Source of the DNA: Chiloscyllium plagiosum
Taxonomy: Eukaryota
Reading direction: 5' to 3'
NCBI RefSeq assembly: GCF_004010195.1
Contig: NC_057758.1
Span: forward strand, 1-46,301
DNA: 46,301 nt
Shown piece by piece: positions 12,166 through 24,689 of this stretch (positions are counted from its first letter, which is position 1; each line of letters begins with the position of its first letter). Position numbers and translations under genes: made by a program. The notes beneath the pieces were generated by a model. The model was given only the letters and a program-made list of their open reading frames with translations, was not told where the DNA came from and made no database searches.

Positions 12166-12350
12166 ATCTTATGTGTCTATTGGGATTGTGAAGGATAGGA
12201 ATGAACGAGAAGGGGTTTCGGTCAGACAGGATCGCATAAAGTGGGTGTGAGTGGGAAGTGCTTTGGGTCCTTGGTGATTGTGCCCCCACTGACAGTGAAT
12301 GGAAAGGGGATTGGATGCATTGGGGTTCTGCAGAATGTGACAGAAGTTGT

Positions 12351-12513
12351 CTCTAACCTGTACAAATTTGGCTTGAGGGAGGAAATTGGAGCGGCAGGAG
12401 GAAACCCATACAGACACGGAGAGAATGTGCAAACTTCATACAGAGAGTCGCCCAAGGCTGGAATCGAACACGGGTTCCTGGAGCTGTGAGGCAGCTGTGC
12501 TAAATGCTGAGCC
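12351..12513 (-). mobile_element. HE1-type tRNA-derived SINE, diverged and partial
   Basis: Similar to the SINEs at 33462 and 45528, with a B-box-like GTTCGATTCC on the minus strand. Confidence 0.8.
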
Positions 12514-12529
12514 TACATCACGGTGAAAA

Positions 12530-13820
12530 GCCCTTTCGCCCAACTGGGAGCATGCCAACTGAAATGTTCATCCCCTCCAATCCCATTTCACTGCACTTGT
12601 CCCATATCCTTCTAAACCCTTCCTCGCCATGTATTTGTCCAAATGCCTTTTAAATGGTGTTCGTGAACCCACCTCAACCACTTGCCATGGAGCTCCTTTT
12701 TTTTTAATTGAAAATGCCCACCGGGCTCCCTGTTCCTCCTGCCCCTCTCACCTTAAACTGATGCCGGCTCGTCCTCGATTCTCCAACCCTGGGGAAAATG
12801 ATTGAGTTCATTCATCCTATCCAAACCTCTCATGCTATTATATACTTCGATAAGATTCCCTCTTAGTCTCCTTTGCTCTCATGGAAAGAAGTCCGAGCTG
12901 GTCAAACCTCTCTCTATAAAACTCCTGGCAATATCCTTGTAAATTTCTTCGGCACTCTCTCCTGTTTAATAACATTCCTCTTTTCGCAAGGTGAACCAAC
13001 CTGAACACAGTACTCGAAGTTCAGACTCACCAACCTCCTATAAAATAGTAAGATAACTTTCAAACTCAGCACTGAATGTCCTGACTGAAACGGCCAATGT
13101 GCCAAAAGCCTTATTCACTGCCCTGTCTACCAATGAATCCACCTTCAGAAAACCGTGCACCTGAACTCAAACATCCCTCTGTTCCACTACACTATTTAAG
13201 GCCCTGCCATGCACCATGAAGCTCCGACTTTGATTTGACTTTCCAAAATGCAAAACCTCACACTCATCGAAAGTAAATTACATTTGATATTTTTCGGCCC
13301 GCTTCCCCAGCTGATCAGGGTCCTGATGGAGTTTTTGATAACATTCCTCACTGCCCATGTTACCGCCTATTTTCCTGTCGTCTGCAAAGTTACTAATCAT
13401 GGCTTGTACATTCTCCTGCCAATAATTGACAGCGATAACAAAACGGCAATGGGCCCAGTCCTGACCCCTGAGGCAATCCACTGGTCTGGTCACCGGGCTC
13501 CAATGTGACAAACATCCTTCCACTATTACCATCTGCTTCCTCTGCAAAGTTACTAATCATGGCTTGTACATTCTCCTGCCAATAATTGACAGCGATGACA
13601 AAACGACAATGGGCCCAGCACTGACCCCTGAGGCAATACACTGGTCACAGGGCTCAAATGCGACAAACATCCTTCCACTATTACCATCTGCTTCCTACCA
13701 TCAAGCCAATTATGTGTCCAATTTGCCAACTCCACCTGGATTCTGTGCAATCTAACCTTCCAGTGCAGTCTCCCATGTTGAACCTTATCAAAGGTGTTAC
13801 TGAAATCTGGATAGACTACT
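12530..13820 (-). mobile_element. CR1 LINE fragment with internal ~160-bp tandem duplication
   Basis: LPQGSVLGP, FADDRKIGG and FYRRLV..EYCVQ motifs. 13381-13540 is repeated at 13541-13695. Confidence 0.88.
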
Positions 13821-14057
13821 TCTATTAGTTCCTACTATTTCAATTCTGTCAGAACACTTAAAGTACCTTTAACTAGGTATCCGCTCGCTAAGCTAACACC
13901 GAGACGCACCATTACAAACTTTTCACTGTAGTCATTTGAGTGCGCATGATAATAAAGGCTGTTTACTGTTTCAAACATCTTATATCAGCATTTTGCCTTA
14001 TAACCCGCAGTAAAGCATCTGTGAGAACATTTTCACGACCCGCATCATGTGCAATTT

Positions 14058-15085
14058 AGAACATAAAACATTACAGCCCAGTACAGGCCCTTCAGCCCTC
14101 GATGTCCTGTCGACCCGTGAAACCAGTCTGAAGCCCATCTAACCTACACTATTCCATTTTTATCAGCATGTCTATCAAATCACCGTTTAAATGCTGTTAA
14201 AGTTGGCGAGTTTACTACTGTTGCAGGCAGGCTGTTCAAAGCCACTACTATTAGATGAGATTACATTACAGCGTGGAAACAGGCCCTTTGGCCCAACAAG
14301 TCCACACCGACCCGCTGAAGCGCAACCCACCCATACCCCTACATTTACCCCTTACCTAACACTACGGGCATTTTAGCATGGTCAATTCACCTGACCTGCA
14401 CATCTTTGGACTGTGGGAGGAAACCGGAGCACCCGGAGGAAACCTACAGTCAGTCGCCTGAGGCGGGAATTGTACCCGGGTCTCAGGCGCTGTGAGGCAG
14501 CAGTGCTAACCACGGTGCCACCGTGCCGCCCACCAGAGTAAAGAAACTACCTTCGACAACTATCCTATATCTATCATTCCTCAATTTAAATCTATGTTCC
14601 CCCGCCGTACTAGTCGTCGTCATCTGAGGAAAAAGTCTCTCACTCAATGTAATCCTCGGATTTTCTCATACATCTCAATTGTCACCTCTCAACTTTCTTC
14701 TTTCGAATGAAAACAGCCTCAAGTCCCTCAGCCTTTGCTCGTTAGACCTTCACTCCATACCAGGTAACATCCTGGTAAATCCCCTCTGAACACTTTCCGA
14801 AACTTTCACATGTTTCTTATAATGCAGTGACCAGAAGTGTATGCGATTCTCCCAGCGGGGCCGCACCAGTGATTTACACAGCTGCAGCATGACATCACGA
14901 CTCTGAAACATAATCCCCCCACTAATAAAAGCTAACACACTGTATGTCGTTGTCACAACCCTATCAACCTGGGTGGCAACTTGCAGAGATCCATGCACAC
15001 AGACACCGAGGTCTCTCTGCTGTAACAAACTGCCAAGAATCTTACCATGAGCCCAGTCCTCTGCATTCCTGTTACACCATCCCGT
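14058..15085 (-). mobile_element. CR1/HER1 LINE fragment interrupted by a SINE
   Basis: AGAACATAAAACAT tail and 3' UTR GGCCCTTCAGCCCTCGATG; translation QRDLGVCVH..LVRP..QRGFTRMLPGME. Confidence 0.88.
14251..14532 (-). mobile_element. HE1-type SINE (internal ~30-bp deletion)
   Basis: tRNA-like head GGCGGCACGGTGGCACCGTGGTTAGCACTGCTGCCTCACAGC on the minus strand and an (AATCT)-type tail. Confidence 0.9.
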
Positions 15086-15109
15086 TTGTAAATGAAATGC
15101 CTGTCCCAT

Positions 15110-15643
15110 TCGACTCCAATGAAATAATCTGTTGTTCTTAACTCGTTCCTGAAATGTCGAAGGATTGTAAATAGGGATACACTATCATGTAGCAGTTACT
15201 ACTTTGAAGATGGTCTGGGAAATTCCGTCTTCACATTCCTTGTTGTCATTCTATTGATGTCGTGCCCTAAGAATGTCACTCCGGCTATTGCAAGTTCTGT
15301 TTTCCTACGTTTATAACCAATATTGCATTCCAGAGTCTGCAATGCCTCTGTCAAATGTTACATGCAATTTCTCCATGGATGGCAAAATACCACTAAGTCG
15401 TCTATGAAGATTGGGCAATGAGTTAATCCAGTCACAAATCTGTCCATTCCCCCTTTGGAATGTTGCTGGTGCGTTTGTCATTCCAAAGGGCATCACTTTA
15501 AATCGATATTGCCAATTATAAGTCTTCCACTCTCTCTGACAATGCTCTTTGCCAGTAACTGCGAAGTAAGTACAACTCACTGGTGGAAGTGACTTATTCC
15601 ACACTTTCTACACAATCTTCCACCCTTGGAATTGGACATGACT
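15110..15643 (-). mobile_element. Ty3/gypsy reverse transcriptase remnant
   Basis: The minus strand gives PIPRVEDC, YRFKVMPFGMTNAPATFQR, FIDDLVVF (YxDD-like) and VTFLGH across frameshifts. Confidence 0.85.
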
Positions 15644-17750
15644 CATAGAACATAGAACATTCCAGTGCAGGACAGGCCCTTCGGACCTCAATGTTGCACT
15701 GACCTGTGAAACCAATCTGAAAGCCATTTAACCTGTACAATTCCATTTTAATCCATATATTTATCCAATGACCATTTAAGTTGGCGAGTCTACGACTGAT
15801 CGGAAACGCCGTTGCTACTGTCTGTGTAAATAATCTACCTCTGACATTTGTCCTACAACAATCACTCCTTAATTTCAAGCTATGTCCTCTCACGCTGGCC
15901 ATCACCACCGAGGAAATAGGCTCTCAATCTCCACCCTATCCAATCCTCTGCTCAGCCTGTATGTCTCTATTAAGTCACCTCTTCACTTTCTTTTCTGAAA
16001 TGGAAGCAACCTGTAATCCCTCATTTTTCCTCATAAGACTTTCCCTCCATAGCATACAACATCTTGATAAATCTCCTCTGCACCCTTTCAAATGCTTCCA
16101 TATCCTTCCGGAAATGCAACAACCAGAACTGTTCATAATACTCCAAGTGCAGCCACATCAGGGATTTGTGCAGCTGCAACATGACCTCCTGGCTCCGAAA
16201 CATAATCACTCCATGAATAAAAGCTAATACACTATTCAGCTTCTTAAATACTCTGTCAACGTGGATGGCAACTTTTAGGGATTTATGCACATGGACACCG
16301 AGATCTCTCTGCTCATCCACACGATCAAGAATCCTAACATTCGCCCAGGGCTCTGTAATCCTGTTACTCCTTCCAAAATGAACCACCTCACATTTTCCCG
16401 CGTTAAATTCCATTTGCTACGTTCCAGCTCAGCTCTGAAGCTTTATGTATGTCCCTCTGTAGACTGCAATATTCTTGAGCACTGTCCACAACTCCATTGA
16501 GCTTATTGTCGTCTGCAAATTTACAAACCCACCATTCTCCGCCCCCATCTGGTCATTTATAAAAATTACAAACAGCAGTGGACCTAAAACAGATCCTTGA
16601 GGTAAACAATTCGGAACTGAACACCAGGATGAACATTTCCCATCAATCATCACTTCTGTCTTCTTACAGCTCGCCAATTTCTGATCCAAACCGCTAAATC
16701 ATCCTCCATCCCATGCCTTTGTACTTTCCGCATAAAGCTACCGTGGGTAGCCTGATCAAAAGTTTTACTAAAATACATATACACCTCATCAACTACTTTA
16801 CCCTTATCCACCTGTGTGGTCACCTTCTCGAAGAATTCAATAAGGTTTGTGAGGCATGACCTGCCTTTCATAAAACCATGTTGATTTCCCATAATCAAGT
16901 TATTCATTTCCCAATCATTATAAATACTATCTCTTCTAACCTTTTCCAAAACTTTACCCAGTACCGAAGTAAGGCTCACTGGTCTATAATTATCTGGGTT
17001 TACTACTTTCCTCTTCTTGAATATTGAGATAACATTTGCAATCCTCCAGTCTTCTGGCACTATTTCCGTAAGCAATGATGACATAAAGTTCAAAGCCAAC
17101 GCCTCTGCAATCTCCTCCGTGGCATCCCAGAGAATACGAGATTAAATTCCATCCACTCCGGGGATGTATCTTCTTTCACAGTTTCCAAAATGGCTGCCAC
17201 ATCCTCTTTATGAATCTCAATCCCATCAAGTCCAATAGCATGTATCTCAGTATTGCCCTCGACAACATTGTGCGTTTCCAGTGCGAATACTAACAAAAGA
17301 TATTCAATTAGGGCCTCTCCTATCGCTTTGGGCTCTATGCACAACTTCTCACTATTGTCCTTCACTGGGTCTGATCTTACTCTCGTCATTCTTTTATTCC
17401 TGACATATCTACGGACAGCTTTAGGGTTTTCCTTGATGCTGTCTGCCAATGATTTCTCATGTCCCCTCCTGACACTTCTTAGCTCTCTCTTTAGATCCTT
17501 CCTGCCTACCTTGTATTTCTCAAGCTCCAGAGCTAAGCCTTCACACCTCATCTTACCGTAAGCCTCCTTTTCCTCTTGACAAGGGATTCAACTTCTTTAT
17601 TAAACTATGGTTCCTCGCCTCGACCACTTCCTCCCTGCCTGACAGCGACATTCTTATCAAGGACATGCAGTTGCTGTTCCATGAACAAGCTCCACATTTC
17701 AATTGTGCCAATCACATACAATGTCCCTTACCTTCCTACGCATCCTAAAT
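15644..17750 (-). mobile_element. CR1/HER1 LINE (~2.1 kb, RT region) inserted into the gypsy RT
   Basis: (CATAGAA)n tail at 15644; PEDWRIANV..NYRPVSLTSV..QHGF..SCLTNLIEFF; PQGSVLGPLLFVIFIND; KCEVVHFG. Confidence 0.93.
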
Positions 17751-17753
17751 AAG

Positions 17754-17797
17754 ATCAGATTTAGTCACGGTGTGGACATTATGATAATCAATGCAGA
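17754..17797 (-). mobile_element. Upstream continuation of the gypsy RT
   Basis: Minus-strand CIDYHNVHTVTKSD joins SCPIPRVEDC on the far side of the CR1 copy (gypsy consensus CxDYRxLNxxTxxDxYPIP). Confidence 0.75.
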
Positions 17798-18759
17798 TTG
17801 TCCCAACTTCCCAAATTCTATACTCAATGCCCTGACTCCGAACAGACGTTTTCTTAAATCTCTCTCTGGATGCCGATCCATGCTGTCTCTAAGATTCTGT
17901 GTTTGTATTTCCCTGTTTGCCAAGAGGTGTGTTCATGGGATGCTACTGTATTTCAGCAGTTAATGAGTAATAGTTAGTGTATCAGGTCAGTTAGGTTTTC
18001 GAATAGCTTGCCAATGTATTCTAAACTACAATTTCATTTGATTTATTTTTAAAGGTTGTTTTAAAAAATTAAACAATACACACTTTACAAAACAATTAAC
18101 ATTAACAGCTGTATATATGGAAACAGTATTTTTACAACGGAGGTGACATGCAAAGCAAGACCTCAAACCCCAGTGTTCAACCAGTTTTCAAGAAATGATG
18201 ACATATCGCAAAGCCCAATTTCAGTCACCACAAAACAGTAACAAATGATTACAAGCCAGTCCAATTACATAAAAAGGAGCATTGCATAGAAATCAGATAC
18301 CACCCCCCCCACCCGCCCGCGCAACCCAGTAAGCCACCTGTCCCTCCTACCTTCCGGCCATTCTAAGACAGCCGTCCCCTACACCCCTTCCAAGTCTCGT
18401 TCCGCCCAATGCCACTTCCGGTTCTCAGTCCGCCCTGACACACCTTCAGGCCATCTCTGCGACAGCCTGTCCTGCTTCCCCAACACCTCCGCCCCCCGCC
18501 GCCCACCCCCACCCCCGCCAAGGACCACAGCGATCAGGTTGATCTACTCGCAGTCTGGCTTCCCTAACCGCCCTTCGCACCTTTCGGCCACCTCTAGGAC
18601 AGCCTGCCCCGCTACTTGCCCGGGGTTAGAGCACTGAAGGCGGCCCATCTACATTCCAGTTCTGACTCTGCCCCTACGTGCCATTTGACTCTCACCCACC
18701 CTAGCCCGCCACTGGCCTGTAGACTACCCTGCACTTTCATTTTATCGGGTTTCGACTGT

Positions 18760-18918
18760 AGTATTTAAATACATTTTGTTTTGCTTAAAACCGAGTGGTT
18801 TGACCGGCTGCATCACACCTGGAACACGCACTTTACATCTGCCTTTAAAATAAGAAAACTTTAGGGAGGAGGCTACCATCTTAAAATATTTTCAGGGGTT
18901 CTGGTCTGGTCCATAACA
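18760..18918 (+). mobile_element. Possible LTR 3' fragment
   Basis: Ends GGTCTGGTCCATAACA (..CA terminus), resembling shark LTR ends as I recall them. No paired LTR is visible in the window. Confidence 0.35.
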
Positions 18919-19008
18919 ACCTCGGAAACAGCCGTACTGATTTTGTGTCATTGGTCAAGGGGATTTGTGTTACGTGGACAGCCTGATGAGGAACATTGAC
19001 GTCTGTTG

Positions 19009-19460
19009 TTATTTATGCTTCAGTTCTGCTAACGGACGGAGGGTTTCCTGGAAGATATCTACGGGATATCTCAGGACAATCGTACGCTGCTCTCTGAACC
19101 TCGCCTTAATCACAGCATAAACCCCAGTGTTAGTGCAGCAACTCAGAAGTATAAAGCTTAATTCCATAAGAATAATGCGTGGTTGCAGGGTTTGGTAACC
19201 CAACCAGGACATGCGGATCCATATAGTGTAGAACATTAGTAAAGGTCACAACATCATTAAATTGGCCGAGAAAGCCAGCAGTAATATGATGGATTTCCTC
19301 TGCCTCTCCATCTCTGGGATTCTCCCAACTTTCTGGGAGCCCGGAGTCTCCTGCAGGCTGTGCTGGTCACGAGGATGTTTCTGACAATAAAAGCATTGCA
19401 CGACAGGATCAGGAGAAACGGGATGCCTGGGGTGAGAGTGCTATAGATGAACTCAGGGGT
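19009..19460 (-). pseudogene. GPR139/142-like GPCR pseudogene fragment (TM5-TM7 only)
   Basis: Minus strand EFIYSTLTPGIPFLLILSCNAFIVRNILVTSTACRRLRAP / PEMERQRKSIILLLAFSANLMML* / ELSFILLSCCTNTGVYAV is collinear with 43885-44290 and carries a frameshift and a stop. Confidence 0.85.
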
Positions 19461-19519
19461 ATCAGGACTAGCACTGACTTAATAGTGAGGGAGCGCCAAA
19501 GTTTTGTAGGGTCAGTGCT

Positions 19520-19780
19520 GAGGAAGGGAGAGAGGGATGGAGAGAATGGAGGGGAGCGATAGAGAGACAGATAGAGATGGAGTGAGAGTTGCACTGAGAA
19601 AAAGAGAGAGGGAGACAGCGAGACAGAAACGGAGAAAAAGAATGATTTCAGGAGAAACAGACAGAGAGAAGTGTGTAAAGGGAGGGAGGGTCAGAGAGAG
19701 AGCGAAGTCGAGAGTCAGAAGGATAGCTAAACAGACACAGAAATTGAGAGAGGCAGGGACAATAAGTGACAGAGACAGAA
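19520..19780. repeat. GA-rich low-complexity tract
   Basis: Degenerate (GA)n/(GACA)n. Confidence 0.85.
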
Positions 19781-20742
19781 CCTTTGCCCCATTTTTTAAT
19801 GAGTTTGAAAACAGTTTACTGTCCTGGAAAATCCGCCTGAAAGTATCTGTGGTCTCCAAGCACCAAATGGACTGTCACGAAACAGACAGTCAGCTCACCA
19901 TCACATTCTCGGGGAATGGCCTGACCAGAAACACAAACATCCCATCAAGGATTAAATAACGGTAATCACACGTTTCCAGTTTGCAATCACAAAGCATCCC
20001 TGTAAACTTGCAGATAAAGGAACTTGGACATGAAATTTCAGACTGATGGATCAGTTGCGATTTGTGCCATGATTATCTGTAGTCAGCAATGAGGAAACAT
20101 CCCCCTGAACCATTGATGAGGTCACTTATCGCATCTACAGAAAATCACCCCGCCCCCTTCTCTCATGACATTTCTCTATTGATTTGTCCGACTTCATGTT
20201 CCCCTTTCTGTGTTTTTGCTCATTTCCCTAAATGCAGATGCCTACGTCATTACCGTTCAGGGAACTCCGAAGCTTTCATTAGGAGAGTATCCTGGAACCT
20301 GCGTTCTTCCCCTCCTCTGAATAGGATGCGATCCGTAAATAGCCCTTTTCATCTGTGCCACCTCTTGGCCTCCATGTCCCTATTATCTTCGAAAGGAGTT
20401 TTCACGGTTCTCACCCTGTGGTGCTCTTTTTGTAAGATATTTCACCATCCAATCTTCATCCGGATCGCTAGATTCTCACGCACAAACAGGTTTGGTGCAT
20501 TCAATTCTATTGTGAGCGAAAATGCTGTCCACATTCGAAGATGAACGATTGTCCCCTGCCCCTCCCGGATGCCTCGCGTGATGTTTCCCCTCCACCACGT
20601 GCCCAGGGCAACTCAATTCACACCCCTACCAACTATATGCATGGCCATGGATATTCTCTAACTCTCTGTCTTTTGCGCCTCTCATTTCCTCCCCTTGTGT
20701 AAGTGCTCAACGCAACAATTGTCCAGGCGTTACCTTTACAGT

Positions 20743-22345
20743 CACAGAACATAGAACATTACAGCGCAGTACAGGCCCTTCGGCCCTCGATGTTGCGCCG
20801 ACCAGTCATACCAATCTGAAGCCCATCTAAACTACACTATTCCATGTACAGCCATATGCTTGTCCGATGACGACTTCAATGCACTTAAAGTTGGTGAATG
20901 TACTACCGTTGCAGGTAAAGCATTCCATACCCTTACTACTGTCTGAGTAAATAAACTACCTCTGACATCTGTCCTACATCTATCACCCCTCAATTTAAGG
21001 CTATGCCCCCTCGTGCTCGCCTTCACCATATTTGAAAAAGGCTCTCCCTGTCCACTCTACTTAACCCTCTGATTATCTTATATGTCTCTATTAAGTCACC
21101 ACCCAACCTTCTTCTCTCCAATGAAAACAGCCTCAAGTCTCTCATCCTTTCCTCGTAAGACCTCCCCTCCATACCAGGCAACATCCTAGTAAATCTCCTC
21201 TGCACCCTTCCCAAAGCTTCCACATCTTTCTTATAAGGTGGTGACCAGATCTGTACACAATACTCCAAGTGCGGCCACACCAGAGGTTTGTACATCTGTA
21301 GAATAACCTCACAGTTCCGGAACTCGATCCTTCTATTAATAAAAGCTAAAACACAGTATAACTTCTTAACAACCCTGTCAACCTGGGTGGCAACTTTCAA
21401 GGATCTGTGTACCTGGACACTGAGATCTTTCTGCTCATCTACACTAACTAGAATCTTACCATTAGCCCAATACTTTGCATTGCGGTTACTCCGACCAAAG
21501 TGAATCACCTCACATTGTCTGCATGAAACTCCATTTGCCACCTCTCAGCCCAGCTCTGCAGCTTAACTATGTATCTCTGTAACCTACAACATCCTTCGTC
21601 ACTATCCACAACTCCACTGACCTTAGTGTCGTCTGCATATTTACTAACCCACCCTACTACACCCTCATCCTAGTCGTTTATAAAAATGACGAACAGCAGT
21701 GGACCCAACACCGACCAGGATGGACTCCAGGATGAACATTTCCCATCAACCACCACCCTCTGTCTTCTTTCAGCAAGCCAATTACTGATCCAAATTGCTA
21801 TATCTTCCACAATCCCATTCCTCCGAATTTTGTACAATAAACTACTTTGGGGAACCTTATCGAATGACTTCCTGAAATTCATATACACCACACCAACCGG
21901 TTTACTCTCATCTACCTGTTTGGTCCCCCTCTCAAAGAACGCAATAAGATTTGTGAGGCACGACCTACCCTTCACAAAACCGTGCTGGCTATCCCTAATC
22001 AAATTATCCTTTTCTAGATGATTATAAATCCTATCTCCTATACCTTTTCCATCACTTTATCAACAACTGAAGTAAGGCTCGCTGGTCTATAATTATCAGG
22101 GTTGTCTCTATTCCCCTTCTCAAACAGGGGAACCGCATTTGCTATCCTCCAGTCTTCTGGCACTATTCCTGTAGACAATGATGATTTAAAGATCAATGTC
22201 AAAAGCTCATCAATCTCCTTCCTGGCTTTCCATAGGATCCAATGATAAATCCCATCCACCCCAGGAGACTTATCTATTTTCACACTCTGCAGGATTTCTA
22301 ATACCTCTTCCTTGTGAACCTCAATCCCACCTAGTCTCGTATCCT
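20743..22345 (-). mobile_element. CR1/HER1 LINE, 5'-truncated
   Basis: AGAACAT tail; KSPGVDGIY..PEDWRIANAVPLFEKG..NYRP; QHGFVKGRSCLTNL; HLEYCVQIWSP; LFSLERRRL; TRGHSLKL. Confidence 0.94.
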
Positions 22346-22452
22346 AGCTCGTGCTAGAGACGGGAATGATCATTTCCCTTCCTCGGTTTCACTTGATTTG
22401 TTATAGTCTTCTGTACTGAAATATGGTGAAATATTGCTCTGCGTGCTATCCA

Positions 22453-22672
22453 GGAATTGAATTGAATTTAACTTACTGTCAAGTGTCCTGAGGCACAGTG
22501 AAAAGCTTTGTCTTGTGAGTAATACAGGCGGATCACATTGCGTATTAGCATAGATAAGAATACCATCGGTAAACAGCAGCAAAAACTAAAAAACGGGTAC
22601 AGGCAAATATTAAGAGTTTGTGAATCCATTCAGCATTCTAACAACAGCAGGGTAGAAACTGTTTTGAAACAG
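22453..22672 (-). mobile_element. Rex1/Babar-like LINE 3' end
   Basis: (GAATT)n tail, then GAGGCACAGTGAAAAGC..; this is the reverse complement of the 3' ends at 39730-39816 and 46160-46247. Confidence 0.75.
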
Positions 22673-22894
22673 TGCGATACATAAGCACATCAGGGTAATT
22701 GAAGGGGATGAAGAATACGGTGTCTCACCAGTTCCACATTCCCATCACCTTCTGGGTGACAATGCTGTTCCTCCCATTCTGCAGTGAAGCACCTGCTCCT
22801 TTCCTTAAGTCTACAATCCCTTCCCCGAATCATTTACATGTTGTTCCAGCTGCAGAAATGGTGCAGAGAATGAACAACTTTCATATTTGAGGAG

Positions 22895-23250
22895 CCCGTT
22901 TGTAAGTCTGATGACAACAAGGAAGAAGCTGCACATGAATCTGTCGGGACGTGTTTTCAAAGTTTTGTATCTTCTGCCAGATGGAAGAGGGTGGAAGAGA
23001 AGTCAACTCGGGTTTGAGTGGTCTTGATGGTATTGTTAGTCTTTCCGAAGCAGCCAGGTGTGTAGATGGAGTTACTGGATGGAGGTTTCGCTTTCATGAT
23101 GGACTGCTCTGTGTTCAAAACATTTCATAATTTCTTGCGGTTGCTGGGATGCATCCAGATAGGATGCTTTCTGCAGTACACCTACAAAAGCAGGTCAGTG
23201 GAATTGTGGTCATGGTGAATTTCCTTCGCCTTCTGATGAAGTAGAGACAG
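22895..23250 (-). mobile_element. Rex1/Babar-like LINE C-terminal ORF fragment
   Basis: Minus strand LYFIRRRRKF..FCRCTAESILSGCI..LPSGRRYK, homologous to 39070-39600. Confidence 0.7.
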
Positions 23251-23304
23251 GTAGGGGTAGAGGCTTCCCTGACGGATAGATCAATGACCCGGGGGAGGTG
23301 GATA

Positions 23305-24370
23305 TATATTTAAGACACGGGTCAGAAGTGTTAGAGGAGGATGTGAAGAAGAGCATTTTCACCCAGACGGTGGGGTGGGGGGGGGGGGGGGGAGGAATCA
23401 GAAACCGGTTGCCTGTAAGGTTGGCTGTGTGCAGAAACCCTAATCACACTGAAGGAGTAGTGATAATCTTGCAACGCCAAAATAGACATGCTATTGGGTC
23501 AATTGCTGGGAATTGCTGTGATGTATGCAGGGCGAACTCTTGATTGGCTGAAGTGCCTTTCGCTGTGTGTAGATCTCTGTGCCGACCAACTCGTGCGCTG
23601 TCTCCACTGTGGTCGAATTCCATCCGATGGTGTGATGACGGGAACTGTGCACAACACCACAGTGCGGGTGCATCCAGTCTGGTAGAGAAGTTTGGTGCAT
23701 CCTTTTTTGTGCTTTACTCTCACATCCCCCTGCACCCTTTCACTGTGTGTAAGAAGATTCGAATGCCTTCTCCAAATAAAGAAGATGGGAGCACTATTGA
23801 GGCCATTCAGCCCCACAGTCCACTTCTGCCATTGAATAGGATCATGACTGATTATTCAACTCATTCCCCGTTCCCTGTTTTCTCCCCCGTTCCTTTCAAT
23901 CCCAAGAATTGGTACTTATCTCCCTTTCGAAAATATTCAATGACTTTGCCTCGACTGCTTTCAGTGGCAGAGAGTTCCACAGGGTTGCCCACTCAATGAG
24001 TCAAGACCATGCTCCGCATAACAGTTCTCCCCCGTTGCTTTCTGATTCTGGGCTCTCCACCCGGGTCCGCGAGAACATTCTTTGTGCATTTACCGCTGTT
24101 CATTTGCATAGGTTTCCGTGGGATCCCCACTCCTAATTCCTCTCCGTTCCCAGGGAATATTGCCTTCACCAATCCAATCTCTCTTCACACGTCAGTCCTG
24201 CCATCCCAGCAATCAGTCTGGGAAACTTTTGCTGCTCTGCCTCCATTGCCAGAACTTTCTTCCTCAGACGAGGAGACTCCAAAACCGCTCACACGATACT
24301 CCAGGGGGTGGATTCACGCTGTAAAATTGCAGCAAGACCTCCCTGCTCCCCAATCCCCAGTCCTCTCAGG
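23305..24370. mobile_element. Old CR1 3' fragments (plus strand ~23305-23560; minus strand ~23760-24370)
   Basis: FTQTV..RNRLP-type C-terminal motif on the plus strand. GGCCATTCAGCCC..GATCATG 3' UTR and GGCAGAGAGTTCCACAG on the minus strand. Confidence 0.6.
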
Positions 24371-24689
24371 ATTAAAGTCCAAATTCCATTTACTTTCCTT
24401 ACCTCTCACTGGATCAGTGACTGGTGCGTAAGGGGCACTCCTGGACTATTTCACTGCCCCCGCTTCCCCAGTGTATCATGATTCAGTAAATGACAATCTC
24501 AATTCAGATTAATTTCCATTTTCAAGATCACCATCGTTGACTCGAGTTCACAGCATCATAGCTTATCAATAGGACTTCAATTCTCCAAGATGTAGATAAA
24601 AGAATTGCAACCCATGGCGCCAAAGCATTAGTCTATTTCTCCGGTGTTATGCTGAAGTGTTGATGCCACCCGGGTCCTGTCTCCAGAGC

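Noticed and set aside
19512..19959. R/E-rich and L/S-rich ORFs (also 26992-27583)
   Set aside because: Low-complexity GA/CT tracts that lack stop codons because of their composition.
20250..20340. Possible relic exon 1 of the 19-kb GPCR (minus strand TDRILF..YSPNESFGVP vs SDRIYY..YYPVLAVIGVP)
   Set aside because: The matches are short, lie in different frames and have no donor at the expected position; too weak without an alignment statistic.
23369..23395. Long G run / G-quadruplex
   Set aside because: A simple homopolymer expansion inside an old CR1 fragment, and its length is unreliable.
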